Below, piece after piece: positions 63,066-64,000 of a DNA stretch of 64,000 nt. Position 1 is the stretch's first letter; each line of letters starts with the position of its first letter. The stretch lies in contig NC_086108.1 of assembly GCF_963921235.1 (NCBI RefSeq), positions 12,462,001-12,526,000 of the forward strand, written 5' to 3'. The translations under genes were made by a program, and so were the position numbers. Source of the stretch: Mobula hypostoma. Taxonomy: Eukaryota. Under the pieces are notes generated by a model. The model had not been told where the DNA came from. It saw nothing but the letters and a program-made list of their open reading frames with translations, and searched no databases.

Positions 63066-63259
63066 TGTTGGAGCTTCTGTTTGGGATTATTAAAGAATTG
63101 GCAGTAAGATAGTTGATAGATTGGCTATCATCTAAAACTGCCCAGATTCAGGGAAGTTTCCAATAGATTGGAAAGTAGTAAATATAACAGCTGTATTCAG
63201 AAACAGAAAGACAGAAAGCTGGAGACTACAAATCCATTAGATCTATATCAGTCCTGCAA

Positions 63260-64000
63260 TTCTGATTGAAAAAATCCAGAACCTGGGCCTCTATACCTTC
63301 CTCTGCAATTAGATCCTCAGCTTCTTAACCAGAAGACTACAGACTGTGCAGATTGGAAATAACATCTCCACCTTGCTGATAATCAATACTGGCACACCTC
63401 AAGGATGTGTGCTTAGCACATTGTTTTATTTTCTCTGCACTCATGATTGTAAGACACAACTATTATCGGCAGAGTTCAGATGGTGACGAGAGGATGTACA
63501 GAACGAGAAATATCAGCTAGGTGAGTGGTGTCACAGCAATAACCTTGCACTCAACATCAGTAAGGCCGAAGAACTGATTGCAGACTTCAGACAAAGTAAG
63601 ATGAGGGGATGCACATCTGTCCTCATCAACAGGTCCAGATCTGCTCACGATACTTCAAGTGAGGCCTCAGCAGTCTCTTTAGTATTGTGAGCTGTTTTTG
63701 GACCCGTTAACTAAGAAACTATGACTTTGGAGAGGGTTGAAAGGAGGTTCACAAACAACGATTGAAAGGCTTGTCATATGAGGAGCATTTGGTGGTTCTA
63801 GGGCCTCTATTCACTGGAATTCAGAAGAATGAGGGGTGACCTCATTTAAACATGTTGAATGTTGAAAGGCCTCAATAAAGTGGATCTGGAGAGGATGTCA
63901 CCTGTGACGGGGAAGTCTAAGACCCGAGGAAACAGCCTCACAGTGGAGGGGCATCCTTTTAGAACGTGAGGCAATGAAGAGGAACTTCTTTAGCCAGAGG
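63260..64000 (+). mobile_element. Rex-type RT fragment (63260-63630) and CR1 3' fragment (63680-64000)
   Basis: 'actggcacacctcaaggatgtgtgcttagc'; 'ttcagaagaatgaggggtgacctcatt...aggaacttctttagccagagg'. Confidence 0.75.

Overview
Repeat-dense eukaryotic (vertebrate) DNA with no prokaryotic features. The repeat repertoire is most consistent with a cartilaginous fish such as a ray or shark (inference). It includes CR1 LINEs with microsatellite tails, Rex1/Babar-type LINEs, Penelope-like elements, V-/Deu-type tRNA SINEs, hAT, Tc1 and Chapaev3-like DNA transposons, solo LTRs and a decayed Gypsy gag. Most of the window is nested transposon debris, and nearly all ORFs in the track are TE fragments or noise. 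No host gene could be named, although non-repetitive islands hold several plausible exons, the best being a minus-strand set at 0.9-5.9 kb. The most notable signals are two classes of self-cleaving RNA motif within about 1 kb, each on a small non-coding retroelement inserted into the same old CR1. One is an intact-core minimal hammerhead ribozyme in a 99-bp insertion with a 12-bp TSD (42059-42157). The other is a complete HDV-like double-pseudoknot (42875-43082) heading a ~590-bp RTE-like element. Other items are a homogeneous 56-bp minisatellite, four TSD-flanked solo LTRs, composite Tc1-type elements with hairpin ends, and a large family of ~1-kb non-coding retroposons. Boundaries of old repeats are approximate and were read by eye.
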